Source: Candidatus Culexmicrobium cathedralense
GTDB taxonomy: Archaea > Thermoproteota > Methanomethylicia > Culexarchaeales > Culexmicrobiaceae
Direction of reading: 5' to 3'
Assembly (NCBI GenBank): GCA_025061115.1
Contig: JANZKC010000003.1
Span: 129,196 to 193,195, forward strand
DNA: 64,000 bases
Of the stretch, positions 45,013-53,825 are shown piece by piece. Made by a program: the position numbers and the translations under genes. The notes beneath the pieces are model-generated. The model worked only from the letters and a program-made list of their open reading frames with translations. It made no database searches and was not told where the DNA came from. The number at the start of each line of letters is the position of its first letter. Positions within the stretch are counted from its first letter, which is position 1.

Positions 45013-46380
45013 ATGTGGAGCATGCTGTACTTAGTGCGAAATGATCCTGATAAAATTAGGTGGTCTCAGCGTAGGCGTGGTCTTAATGAAAACATCGTTG
45101 ATCAGGCAGTTAAGCTTGACTTGGAGTGGAGGAGGGCTTTAACTGAACTTAATGAGTTGAGGAGGAAGCATAACGTCGTGTCTAGGGAGGTTGCAAGGCT
45201 TACTGGTGAGGCGAGAGAGGCTAAGATTCGGGAGGCTAAGGAGCTTTTAAAGGAAATTGAGAAGAAGGAGAGGTACGTTAAGAACCTTGAGGAGGAGAGG
45301 AATAGGGTTCTCCTAAGCATTCCAAATATTGTTCATGAATCTGTTCCGGTTGGAAAAAATGAGGATGACAACGTTCCAATTAGATTTTATGGTAAACCTA
45401 AAGTTTGGAAGGGATATTTGAATAGATTTTTAGAGCAAATTAATGGGTTTAATGTGGATTATGAAGTTATTGATTGGAAGCCTATTGGACATGCAGACAT
45501 GCTTACTAAGCTTGGATTTGGCGACACTTTGAAAGCTGGCCGAGTGGCAGGCTCCCGATTCTACTATCTATTCGATGATCTCGTGTGGCTTGATATGGCT
45601 TTACTAATGTATGCAATAGATCACATGACAAAGCAGGGTTTCACATTAGTTCTTCCACCATACATGATGAGGAGAGAGCCTTACCGTGGAGTTACAACTT
45701 TAAGTGATTTTGAAGATGCAATTTACAAAGTTGAAGGTGAAGACTTATACTTGATAGCTACAAGCGAGCATCCAATAGCTGCCCTTCATATGAATGAAGT
45801 TATTAAGGCAGAGGATTTGCCACTGTTATATGCTGGAATTAGCCCGTGCTTTAGGAAGGAAGCGGGGGCTCATGGAAAAGATACCAAAGGAATATTTAGG
45901 GTTCATCAATTTCATAAGGTTGAACAGTTCGTGTTCTGCCTTCCTGAAGATTCCTGGTATTGGATAGAGAAGCTAATTGCAAATGCAGAGGCCCTATGGT
46001 CTGGCCTAGACATTCCTTATAGAATTGTGAATATCTGCACTGGAGAGCTTAGTGCAGTTGTAGCTAAGCGTTATGATTTAGAAGCTTGGATGCCGGCTCA
46101 GGGCAGGTATCGTGAAATGGTTTCGTGTAGCAACTGCACCGACTGGCAAAGTTATAGGCTTAAAATTAGATTTCAGCGTAAAGTTGAGAAAGGCTTGGAG
46201 AAAGGTTATGTTCACACTTTAAACTCAACGGCAATAGCTTCTACTAGAGCTATTACTGCAATATTAGAGAATTATCAGGAGCCTGATGGCACGGTGATCA
46301 TTCCTAAAGTGCTCAGACAATATCTTGAATTGTTCCCTAAAGCTCCAAAGGAATTTATAGTGGCTAGGCGCAAGGAATGA
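45013..46380 (+). CDS. serS: seryl-tRNA synthetase
   Basis: N-terminal coiled-coil arm and class II motifs (FRKEAGAHGKDTKGIFRVHQF, GELSAVVAKRYDLEAW, TLNSTAIA). Start is ATG 45013 or ATG 45022. Confidence 0.95.
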   Translation: MWSMLYLVRNDPDKIRWSQRRRGLNENIVDQAVKLDLEWRRALTELNELRRKHNVVSREVARLTGEAREAKIREAKELLKEIEKKERYVKNLEEERNRVLLSIPNIVHESVPVGKNEDDNVPIRFYGKPKVWKGYLNRFLEQINGFNVDYEVIDWKPIGHADMLTKLGFGDTLKAGRVAGSRFYYLFDDLVWLDMALLMYAIDHMTKQGFTLVLPPYMMRREPYRGVTTLSDFEDAIYKVEGEDLYLIATSEHPIAALHMNEVIKAEDLPLLYAGISPCFRKEAGAHGKDTKGIFRVHQFHKVEQFVFCLPEDSWYWIEKLIANAEALWSGLDIPYRIVNICTGELSAVVAKRYDLEAWMPAQGRYREMVSCSNCTDWQSYRLKIRFQRKVEKGLEKGYVHTLNSTAIASTRAITAILENYQEPDGTVIIPKVLRQYLELFPKAPKEFIVARRKE

Positions 46381-46415
46381 TATTGTAGGCAAATTGTAAT
46401 ACTTAAAGTCCGGGG

Positions 46416-46480
46416 GGCTTAGGGTTCAGACTGGCCACGGTCATCATTTTTCAGGGATTTCATTCATCATCCCCTAAGCC
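46416..46480 (-). ncRNA. box C/D sRNA (candidate 1)
   Basis: The minus strand reads GGCUUAGGG-G-AUGAUGA(C)-AUGAAAUCC(9)-CUGA(D')-AAA-AUGAUGA(C')-CCGUGGCCAGU(11)-CUGA(D)-A-CCCUAAGCC. Perfect 9-bp terminal stem. It starts 2 nt after the herA stop codon on the same strand. Confidence 0.85.
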
Positions 46481-46481
46481 T

Positions 46482-48095
46482 CTATATTGGGACTAGCTGT
46501 TTTGCTCTTAGCTCTCCGGTTAGCTCTTCTATGACGATTTTCTCATAAGCATGTATTTTCACTGGAACTGCGAATTTAAATCCTGATGGCGGCGAAACTA
46601 TTAGTGCTTCACCTTTATCGAGCGTCTTAATTTCTTGACCTGCATTTTCAAGGTATGGGCTATAATTAATTATTAGTTGGTAGTCAGGCTTGGTTGGGAG
46701 GGGCAGAATTACTTTAGTTAATTGCTGCCTAACTATTGGCTCATCAAGTTCCCCCGGCATTTGAGTAATACAACATATTCCTACTCTATACTTTCTACCC
46801 CGCTTGCTTATTCTTGAGAAAATATTTTCCCTTCTAGATCCATCGCTGTAAAGTGCTCTTTTAGAGAGATATCTGTGGGCTTCTTCAACCATAATTAACG
46901 TTGTTGGAAGCTGCTCCCACTTTTTAGGTGCAATTTTCCTCAACTTTTCATATAGATTAAATATTCGTCTTGCAAATAGAACGGTAATCAATTTTTCTTG
47001 TGCTTCAGATGAACTCGGCATATCTATTAAAACAACTTTTCCTTCCGAAATAGCTTGCAGGACTGCATTTATCAAGTTAGTTTCACATCTTTTCATTTTG
47101 AATATCTCGTCATTACCTAAAATTCTCCTTAACTTCCTTTTCGTAACTAGTATTGTTACTTTTTGAGATTTACCTCTAAATTCGTTGTAAATGTAGTTTG
47201 CATCTTCGTATATTAGGTATTTTAGCCACTCCTCCTCATAAGCTTTCCAAGCCATCCATAGGAGCGCTTCTTGGGGAGGTGTAAATTCTCCTGTTTGCTC
47301 AAAATCACTTGGCCTCAGATCTCCCCACCAAACTTCAAGTGGATGTGCTTGAATTTTCCTGGTAAATAGCTCTCCGCTTAATTTGAATTCATAGTACATT
47401 TTACAGGGAAACTTGACTTTAGGTGTAATATAGAATAAGCTTCTTTCAGCATATATGCTGTGAACTAATCCTAAGTGGTATGCATCGCCTCCGTCGAAGT
47501 ACTCGCTTTCAGTGTCGATGACTAATAGGGAGTAAAGACCTCCACTTCTCATTACATTCCAAGCTAAAACTTTTCCAAAATTCGTCTTTCCTCCACCAGT
47601 TATTGAGCATACTAGAATGTGGTGAGGGAATGCTCTAGCTCCATTCAATGTCACTTTCCTAGTAGTTGCAGTATGACCGCTTCTTAGAAATCCAATTTCA
47701 ATGTCACCTGTATCCAATGAAAGCTGCTCAGTGTCTTCATCAGTTAGGTACTCTACATATGAGAATAGGGATGGCACTGCAGTTGGGCCTGAAACGCGGC
47801 CAATTTCATCTATTTGAGCAATTATGGTTGCAATTGCAATGTCATAGCACCTTAAAGGCCTATCTATTAACTCAACTTCCTCGCCTTTTTCCTTCTTAAA
47901 TGATATTCTAGCCACTTCAGCTGGAGAAAGTAGTGCTTCGGGTTTGAAGTCGAAAACCCTAGCTATGAATTTTAAGCCCTTATCAACCACCTTTAAAAGC
48001 TGACCTCTCTCAACTCTTTTCCCAGTATAAACTCTAAAGTGAATTAAGTTGCTTTCAGCCCAAACTACAACTCCAACCCTATCTACTTCTCCCAT
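46482..48095 (-). CDS. herA: HerA-like (DUF87) hexameric ATPase/translocase
   Basis: 537 aa. N-terminal HAS-barrel-like region, Walker A SITGGGKTNFGK, Walker B LIMVEEAHRYL. 13-nt overlap with nurA. Confidence 0.8.
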   Translation of the reverse strand: MGEVDRVGVVVWAESNLIHFRVYTGKRVERGQLLKVVDKGLKFIARVFDFKPEALLSPAEVARISFKKEKGEEVELIDRPLRCYDIAIATIIAQIDEIGRVSGPTAVPSLFSYVEYLTDEDTEQLSLDTGDIEIGFLRSGHTATTRKVTLNGARAFPHHILVCSITGGGKTNFGKVLAWNVMRSGGLYSLLVIDTESEYFDGGDAYHLGLVHSIYAERSLFYITPKVKFPCKMYYEFKLSGELFTRKIQAHPLEVWWGDLRPSDFEQTGEFTPPQEALLWMAWKAYEEEWLKYLIYEDANYIYNEFRGKSQKVTILVTKRKLRRILGNDEIFKMKRCETNLINAVLQAISEGKVVLIDMPSSSEAQEKLITVLFARRIFNLYEKLRKIAPKKWEQLPTTLIMVEEAHRYLSKRALYSDGSRRENIFSRISKRGRKYRVGICCITQMPGELDEPIVRQQLTKVILPLPTKPDYQLIINYSPYLENAGQEIKTLDKGEALIVSPPSGFKFAVPVKIHAYEKIVIEELTGELRAKQLVPI

Positions 48096-49090
48096 AGCTT
48101 TTCCTCCTTAAAGCTCGTTGACTTCAAATTTGAAATGAAGCGTGCTCTCAAGCTTGGATTTAATGATTCGAGAAATGTGAGGCGAAGATAAGCTAGCTCT
48201 TGTCTTCCAATTTTAGCTTCTTCATGACAGCTTTTAAGAGGATAGGGATATCCGGGAGTTGCTGGATCTTGAAGGTAAGCTACTTCGCTCAGGTATTCTC
48301 CAATGATGGTGCTATCAAGTACATCTCTTCTATTTATGTCCACTCTAAAAATGTGGTCGGTGTCATGTGAGAATTTTACAATGCTTATTGCACCCAAATA
48401 CCATTTAGGATATTGCCTTAATCTGAAAATAGGATAATAATACCATCCTGAATCTGCGAAAAGTTCGCTGCTCTTATGTAATAAGAATCCCAGAAGACTC
48501 TCTCCAGTATTAACTTCCAATTTAGATGCTTTAGTTACTCCTATAAGCCTCACTCCTTGCATGTGAAAGTACTCACATAACCTATCCAAAATCCTCCTGG
48601 TATCCTCCTTATATGCTGGAATTGCAATTAAAGGCCTGTCTAGAATGCAGTAATCCCCTCTACTGAGCCTTGAAGCAGCAGAAATTGCTGACTCAACTTC
48701 AACTTTAAAAAGAAATTCCATTGCTTCAAGCCTACTCTTGACCAGCTTAGCTCTAATAATGGGCTCAACTTCATAAATCCTCTGCCTCCCCCTCCAAATT
48801 GAGCATGAAACTTTAGCTAATGCAATCTGAAAAGTGCCGCAGTCAAATAGAATTTTAAGTGAAGCATCTACTGAAAGAACTTTTCGACTATGCTTCTTAA
48901 CTTCAAGTCTATGGAAATTTTCTATTCTGATTGGAATACCTCTGATAACCTTCCCGCGATCCCTAATTACGGGATATGGATTTGTTATAAGCTCACCAGT
49001 TAAAGTCCACTGCGGAGATTCAACTTTACCGATAAACATTCTTTCTAACTCTCCAACAATGGTGCGGAAGTCTTCAATTAGCAGATTCAT
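48083..49090 (-). CDS. nurA: NurA-like nuclease
   Basis: 335 aa. A VLSVDASL motif sits in the position of the NurA catalytic Asp motif. Translationally coupled to herA. Confidence 0.6.
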   Translation of the reverse strand: MNLLIEDFRTIVGELERMFIGKVESPQWTLTGELITNPYPVIRDRGKVIRGIPIRIENFHRLEVKKHSRKVLSVDASLKILFDCGTFQIALAKVSCSIWRGRQRIYEVEPIIRAKLVKSRLEAMEFLFKVEVESAISAASRLSRGDYCILDRPLIAIPAYKEDTRRILDRLCEYFHMQGVRLIGVTKASKLEVNTGESLLGFLLHKSSELFADSGWYYYPIFRLRQYPKWYLGAISIVKFSHDTDHIFRVDINRRDVLDSTIIGEYLSEVAYLQDPATPGYPYPLKSCHEEAKIGRQELAYLRLTFLESLNPSLRARFISNLKSTSFKEEKLWEK

Positions 49091-49263
49091 GTTACTCGCC
49101 CGTGGCCAGTCGCATAAAAATTTTTTAGTAAAAAAGATATTTTAAGTTCACTTTAGAAACAATTTTAAAAAATTAAAATATTTCTAATATTACCTTTTCG
49201 CCTAAAACGTACGTTCACAGCTCAATCATACCATATTACATCGCATGAAAACGGTATCAAAAA

Positions 49264-49437
49264 TTTGTTACCGTACCGCTTTTTCACCTTGAACTCATTT
49301 TAGCTTGCTTGAAAAGAAGGCTTAAGCGGGAAGAGTAATTATTTGCGTACTGTAATTCATGGCATGATGACTATTATGAATTATTTGTTATGGTATCCAT
49401 TTTATGTTACTGTATCAAAAGCTATATAACTGGTACC
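49264..49437. promoter_or_regulatory. repeated GTTAYNGTAYC motif (candidate operator sites) plus TATA box of the CARF-like regulator gene
   Basis: TTTGTTACCGTACC (49264-49277), TTTGTTATGGTATCC (49384-49398) and TATGTTACTGTATC (49403-49416). Weaker copies at 49247-49258, 49345-49356 and 49426-49437. A CTATATAA box at 49422-49429 lies about 31 nt before ATG 49461. Confidence 0.5.
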
Positions 49438-49460
49438 AGCTCTAATTATTGTTAGAGCAA

Positions 49461-50489
49461 ATGGTGACTTCAATGGTAGTGCTAATGTGCTTCGTCGGTC
49501 ACGACTATCAGAGAATTATAGACGGTATAAATTATTGGAGAATGAGAGAACCAATTGAAGCAATATATCTTTTCTATGATAAGAAAAGAGATCCTTATGG
49601 CTATGCGTCCAAGAGGAATACCAGGGATTTGGAGAAGGCCCTAACATTCGCTGGATCCAAACCTAAGGTTATTGGAATTAATCCTCAAGATTATGAGGAT
49701 GTTTTCACTTCACTTTATAAGGCTTTAAAGATTGAAGTTGTTGATAATGGAAGAAAGGTTTTAATCGATGCAACTTCAACAACGAAGGAAGCTTATGGAG
49801 CTGCAGTCACTGTAAGCTTAATGTTTCCTAAGGTGGGAATTTACATAGTTCCTCCAGCTGAGCGTGGATGGTATATTCCTGAACCTGGAACGCCTGAGTA
49901 TGAAAACTGGTTTAGCCGCGTTAGAATGAGAAGAGGAACTCAGCCTCAAGAAATATACTTGCCAGGCAATAGACTTGAACATCCAAGTTTTGAAGAAATG
50001 AAAATTCTACTCGCGCTCATAGAGCATGGAGGTAAAGCTGACTCAATAAAGTCTATAATTAAGTGGTGTGGAGAGAATCCTAGAAGTCCTGCAGTGAAAA
50101 ATAGGTTTAGCAGATTGATTGCAAAACTAGTTTCCAAGGGGTTAATTGCGGAGGAGCCATCGACCAGGACCAAAAGATTAAGGTTAACTGATTTTGGAAG
50201 AGTCTTTGCTAAGGCTTTAAGGCTTATAGCATCACGGCCTCAATCAGATATGGAAGCTTCAGCTGAATTTCAAGTCAATATTATTGCTCCGAAAGTTTTT
50301 CAGACTCTTCAAGAACCCATAACCTCTAGGAGCGAACTAGAAAAAACTTCAACTTCGGATTTAGAATTAGTTGGAAATTTAATTTCATCATTCCATGCTG
50401 ATTCTGAAGAAATTCCTCAAGAATTAAAATCGGAATTTGCATCTTTAATTGCTAAATTGGCTAAAGAATTTAAAGTTAGATTTGCTTAG
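49461..50489 (+). CDS. CARF-like Rossmann domain + winged-helix regulator (Csa3 / HFX_2341-like)
   Basis: The N-terminal ~150 aa have alternating beta-alpha character and LIDATSTTKEAYGAAV, which recalls the CARF DxTxG motif. The middle part is wHTH-like (MKILLALIEHGG...LVSKGLIAEE). About 90-aa acidic tail. Confidence 0.5.
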   Translation: MVTSMVVLMCFVGHDYQRIIDGINYWRMREPIEAIYLFYDKKRDPYGYASKRNTRDLEKALTFAGSKPKVIGINPQDYEDVFTSLYKALKIEVVDNGRKVLIDATSTTKEAYGAAVTVSLMFPKVGIYIVPPAERGWYIPEPGTPEYENWFSRVRMRRGTQPQEIYLPGNRLEHPSFEEMKILLALIEHGGKADSIKSIIKWCGENPRSPAVKNRFSRLIAKLVSKGLIAEEPSTRTKRLRLTDFGRVFAKALRLIASRPQSDMEASAEFQVNIIAPKVFQTLQEPITSRSELEKTSTSDLELVGNLISSFHADSEEIPQELKSEFASLIAKLAKEFKVRFA

Positions 50490-50508
50490 GTTAAAACAAG
50501 CTAATAAT

Positions 50509-50949
50509 TCATTTTAGCTTGATTAGCAAGTCAGGCTTATTAGTTACAATTCCATTAGCTCCATAAAGCTTTAGAGTTTCAGCAGTCTTTAAGTCATCCA
50601 CTGTCCATGGAATTCTCATCAATTTTAGCTTTTTAGTAAATGCTATTGCCCTTTTTGATGCTAGCTTGCGGAAAGGAACTGCTTTTCCAGCCATCAAATT
50701 CAATATCTCCCCTCAATAATTGTATTTTCTCTCTTCAAAACTTGCGTCGAGTTTTCTAAGCTCTTTTAATGTAAACTTACTAACTCCTCCCATGCCATTC
50801 GTAGTTCGATCAACTGTTTCATCATGAATAACTGTCACATAATCGTCTTTAGTAACTCTTACATCGATTTCAATTGCGTCTGCGCCCATTTCATATGCAC
50901 TAGCACCTCTATGTGCTACTATGAAAAACTTCTCCAAGAGAATCGGCAC
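50509..50949 (-). pseudogene. glycerophosphodiester phosphodiesterase remnant
   Basis: The N-terminal piece (VAHRGAS...IEIDVRVTKDDYVTVIHDETVDRTTNG) and the C-terminal piece (IPWTVDD...GIVTNKPDL) are in the same frame, separated by TGA 50713-50715. The total of about 146 codons compares with about 225-250 in intact family members. Confidence 0.7.
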
Positions 50950-51018
50950 TTGCTGTCATTAAGAAAAATTTTCCTTCTAAATGTTCATAATTGTTTATTT
51001 GGTGCGTCTCATGAGCAA

Positions 51019-51591
51019 TTAATATTTGACAATTAATTCTTCTATTTGCGCATCATCTGGGCGTAAGCTCGCTACCGCCTTTCTAATCATATGTTTAACG
51101 TTTGACACGTTGAAGTTGAACTTACTCATAACGTATAGGTATATTATGTGAGGAATATTTTCAACGTAAACTGTCTTAATTGCTGTAGGCTCCCATCCCG
51201 GTATTGGAATCATGTGAGCGACAATTCTAGTGCCAGGCTTAAGTTCTTCTTCAAATTTCCTTTTCAAAAGCTCATTTGCCTTCCTTAGCAAGTAGAGTGT
51301 AATTACGGTTGCATTGCTTAAATCAACTTCAAATAGGTTTCCTAAAATCACTTTTGCTCGTTCAAACAATCCCTCTCTAATGATTCGCCTTTTAGCTATA
51401 TTCACTAATTTCTCCTGAATTTCTACTCCAATTGCTTTTGCTCCAAATTCCTTCGCAGCAGTGACTACTATTTCCCCATCACCTGCACCTAAGTCATATA
51501 CGATATCGTTAGGCTTAACCTTAGCTAGTTTAAGCATCTCCCGAGCTACTTCTCTCGGAGTTTTAAAGTATGGTGATACGAACATTGTCAT
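51019..51591 (-). CDS. class I SAM-dependent methyltransferase
   Basis: 190 aa. Motif I VYDLGAGDGEIVV followed by the acidic loop GVEI. Confidence 0.75.
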   Translation of the reverse strand: MTMFVSPYFKTPREVAREMLKLAKVKPNDIVYDLGAGDGEIVVTAAKEFGAKAIGVEIQEKLVNIAKRRIIREGLFERAKVILGNLFEVDLSNATVITLYLLRKANELLKRKFEEELKPGTRIVAHMIPIPGWEPTAIKTVYVENIPHIIYLYVMSKFNFNVSNVKHMIRKAVASLRPDDAQIEELIVKY

Positions 51592-51651
51592 TCACCTTCA
51601 GCTAACCAATTTTAATATAAAAACTTAGTGAGCTCGGAGTTTCAGAGGTAT

Positions 51652-51723
51652 TTTGCATCAGAAACAAGAACCCATCATCATTCACATAGTGTGTCTGACG
51701 AAACCTCCATCATCATCTGCAAA
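51652..51723 (-). ncRNA. box C/D sRNA (candidate 3)
   Basis: The minus strand reads UUUGCA-G-AUGAUGA(C)-UGGAGGUUUCGU(12)-CAGA(D')-CACACUAUGUGA-AUGAUGA(C')-UGGGUUCUUGUUU(13)-CUGA(D)-UGCAAA. Perfect 6-bp terminal stem. The D' box is degenerate and the D'-C' spacer is long at 12 nt. Confidence 0.6.
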
Positions 51724-51766
51724 CTAACTTAATGACTTCCATGTTGAAATATTTTGCCTAAGCATT

Positions 51767-53728
51767 TCATTTTTTGATGCTTGCCAGTCGCATTGCATTT
51801 AATATAACTGCGAATGAAACGCCCATGTCGCCGATTGCGACGGCAGTCCAAAGGTTAACTATTCCTAGTATTGCCAGAATAGCTAGTGCTGCTTTTACCC
51901 CAATTGAAATAATTACGTTTTGCTTAACTATATTCATTGTTCTATGGCTTAAATCAGTTAAATATGATATTTTCCTTAAATCTGGTCTCATTAAAACGAT
52001 ATCTCCGGTCTCAATTGCGACTTCTGCTCCTGAGCCTATTGCTATGCCCACGCAAGCGTTTGCTAGTGCTGGAGCATCATTTATTCCATCTCCAACCATA
52101 GCTACATGCTTATTGTGCACGGTCATTAAGTCCTTGACAACTTTGATTTTATCGTCAGGAGATAGGTTGGCTTTATAATCGTCAATATCCAATTTTTCAG
52201 CTATAGTTTTAGCCACTTTCTCATGATCTCCAGTTATCATTATTACTTTCAATCCTCTTCGTTTTAGGTCAGCTATAACATCTCTACTTTCTCCTCGAAG
52301 TTCATCTTCAACTCCAATGACGCCTATTGACCCATCTTCGTTTCCAATTGCCACCGAAGTTATCCCTTGCTGTCTAAGTTGATTTACGATGCTGAATGGG
52401 AAATGCACATTAAATTCCTCAAATATTCTTTCATTGCCTATGAAGTAGGTTTTACCGTTAATTACTGCAACAGCGCCTTTTCCTGGTACAGCTTTAAAAT
52501 CCTTAACTTTCAATGCTTTAATTCCTCTTCTTTTCGCCTCTTCAATTATGGCTTTTGCTATTGGATGTTCGGAATGCTGATTTATTGAGTAGGCAATTTG
52601 TAGGACTTTTCTTTCATCGCCATTTAATGGAATTATTTTTGAAATTTTTAATTCACCCTTCGTTAAAGTCCCAGTTTTGTCAAATGCGATCACGTTGACT
52701 TTCGTCATGTGCTCTAAATATTTACCTCCCTTAATCAGCACGCCGCTTCTGGCTGCGCTGGTTAAGCCTGATACAATTGCAACTGGAGTTGAAATTGCCA
52801 ACGCGCATGGACAGGAAATTACTAATAGTGTTAATGACCTATATAGCCAGTAACGCCAAGTTCCGCCGAGAATGATTGACGGCACAGATGCAACTAATAA
52901 TGCTGATAAAATTATGGTTGGAGTATAATATTGGGAAAAGTTTTCTATAAAGCGCTCAACTTGGGACTTCTCTTTTCTCGCTTGCCCAATTAATTCAATA
53001 ACTCTCGAGAAGAGGGTGTCTTTTGCCTCTTTCTCAACCTTAATTTTCAGTACTCCATCAATGTTTATGGTCCCTGCATATACTCTATCTCCAATAGTCT
53101 TTTCTACTGGAATTGACTCTCCAGTTAATGGAGATTCATCAACATTTGATGATCCCTCAATTACAATTCCGTCCAATGGAATTTTCTCACCTGGCTTAAC
53201 AAGTACAATTTCCCCAATCTTCACGCTTTCAACATCTAGCTCAACTATAACTTCACCTCTAATAACCCTAGCCTTTACGGGTTTTTTCTCTAAAAGTAAT
53301 TCGACGCTTTTTCTAGCCTTATCCGCCGCATACCCTTCTAAGAAGTTGGCTATGCTAAATAAGAAAACTACTGCGCTCCCCTCGCCATACTCGCCTATAA
53401 TAAAAGCTCCGATGGCAGCTAGCATCACGAGAAATTCTATGTAAAACTTCTTTTCATGTATTAATCCGTGAATTCCTTCGGCGAATATTTTTCTTCCGGA
53501 TATTATTAATGTTAGAGTGAAGCATATGATTGCATATAACTCTAATTTCAAAATGAAGATGAGTACTAATCCCAAGATCAGGGATGTTAGCGAAACTGCA
53601 CTTTCAAGTACGAATTTTATGAAGTCAGTTTCATGCTCATTATCATCTGAGCTGTTTTGATTTTCTAAAGCGCAAGCTACGCATGTATTATTATTCCTAG
53701 CTTCACTATTATGTGTGTGAGGCGCCAT
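51767..53728 (-). CDS. P1B-type heavy-metal ATPase (Zn/Cd/Pb-type motifs)
   Basis: 653 aa. [19 protein letters not shown]6 [12 protein letters not shown]7 N(x7)K (NVIISIGVK), TM8 DMG. His/Cys-rich N-terminus with no ferredoxin-fold HMA domain. Confidence 0.9.
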   Translation of the reverse strand: MAPHTHNSEARNNNTCVACALENQNSSDDNEHETDFIKFVLESAVSLTSLILGLVLIFILKLELYAIICFTLTLIISGRKIFAEGIHGLIHEKKFYIEFLVMLAAIGAFIIGEYGEGSAVVFLFSIANFLEGYAADKARKSVELLLEKKPVKARVIRGEVIVELDVESVKIGEIVLVKPGEKIPLDGIVIEGSSNVDESPLTGESIPVEKTIGDRVYAGTINIDGVLKIKVEKEAKDTLFSRVIELIGQARKEKSQVERFIENFSQYYTPTIILSALLVASVPSIILGGTWRYWLYRSLTLLVISCPCALAISTPVAIVSGLTSAARSGVLIKGGKYLEHMTKVNVIAFDKTGTLTKGELKISKIIPLNGDERKVLQIAYSINQHSEHPIAKAIIEEAKRRGIKALKVKDFKAVPGKGAVAVINGKTYFIGNERIFEEFNVHFPFSIVNQLRQQGITSVAIGNEDGSIGVIGVEDELRGESRDVIADLKRRGLKVIMITGDHEKVAKTIAEKLDIDDYKANLSPDDKIKVVKDLMTVHNKHVAMVGDGINDAPALANACVGIAIGSGAEVAIETGDIVLMRPDLRKISYLTDLSHRTMNIVKQNVIISIGVKAALAILAILGIVNLWTAVAIGDMGVSFAVILNAMRLASIKK

Positions 53729-53825
53729 TTAATACTCTCCTTTTTGTAGCTAATTTACTAAGTAAAGTATTTAAATGCAAAAGTTTCTTCTAGGATAGTA
53801 ATTTCACTAGTAGGTAGTGATCATA

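Noticed and set aside
46429-49111. The 12-bp inverted repeat flanking nurA-herA, first read as terminal inverted repeats of a mobile cassette. The 9-bp stem at 46416/46472 was first read as a terminator hairpin.
   Set aside because: One repeat arm is the guide and the stem is the terminal helix of a complete box C/D sRNA. There is no transposase, no target-site duplication and no extension of the repeat beyond 12 bp.
49364-49370. Perfect AUGAUGA word in the nurA/regulator spacer.
   Set aside because: No CUGA follows within 30 nt on that strand, and no pairing flanks are present.
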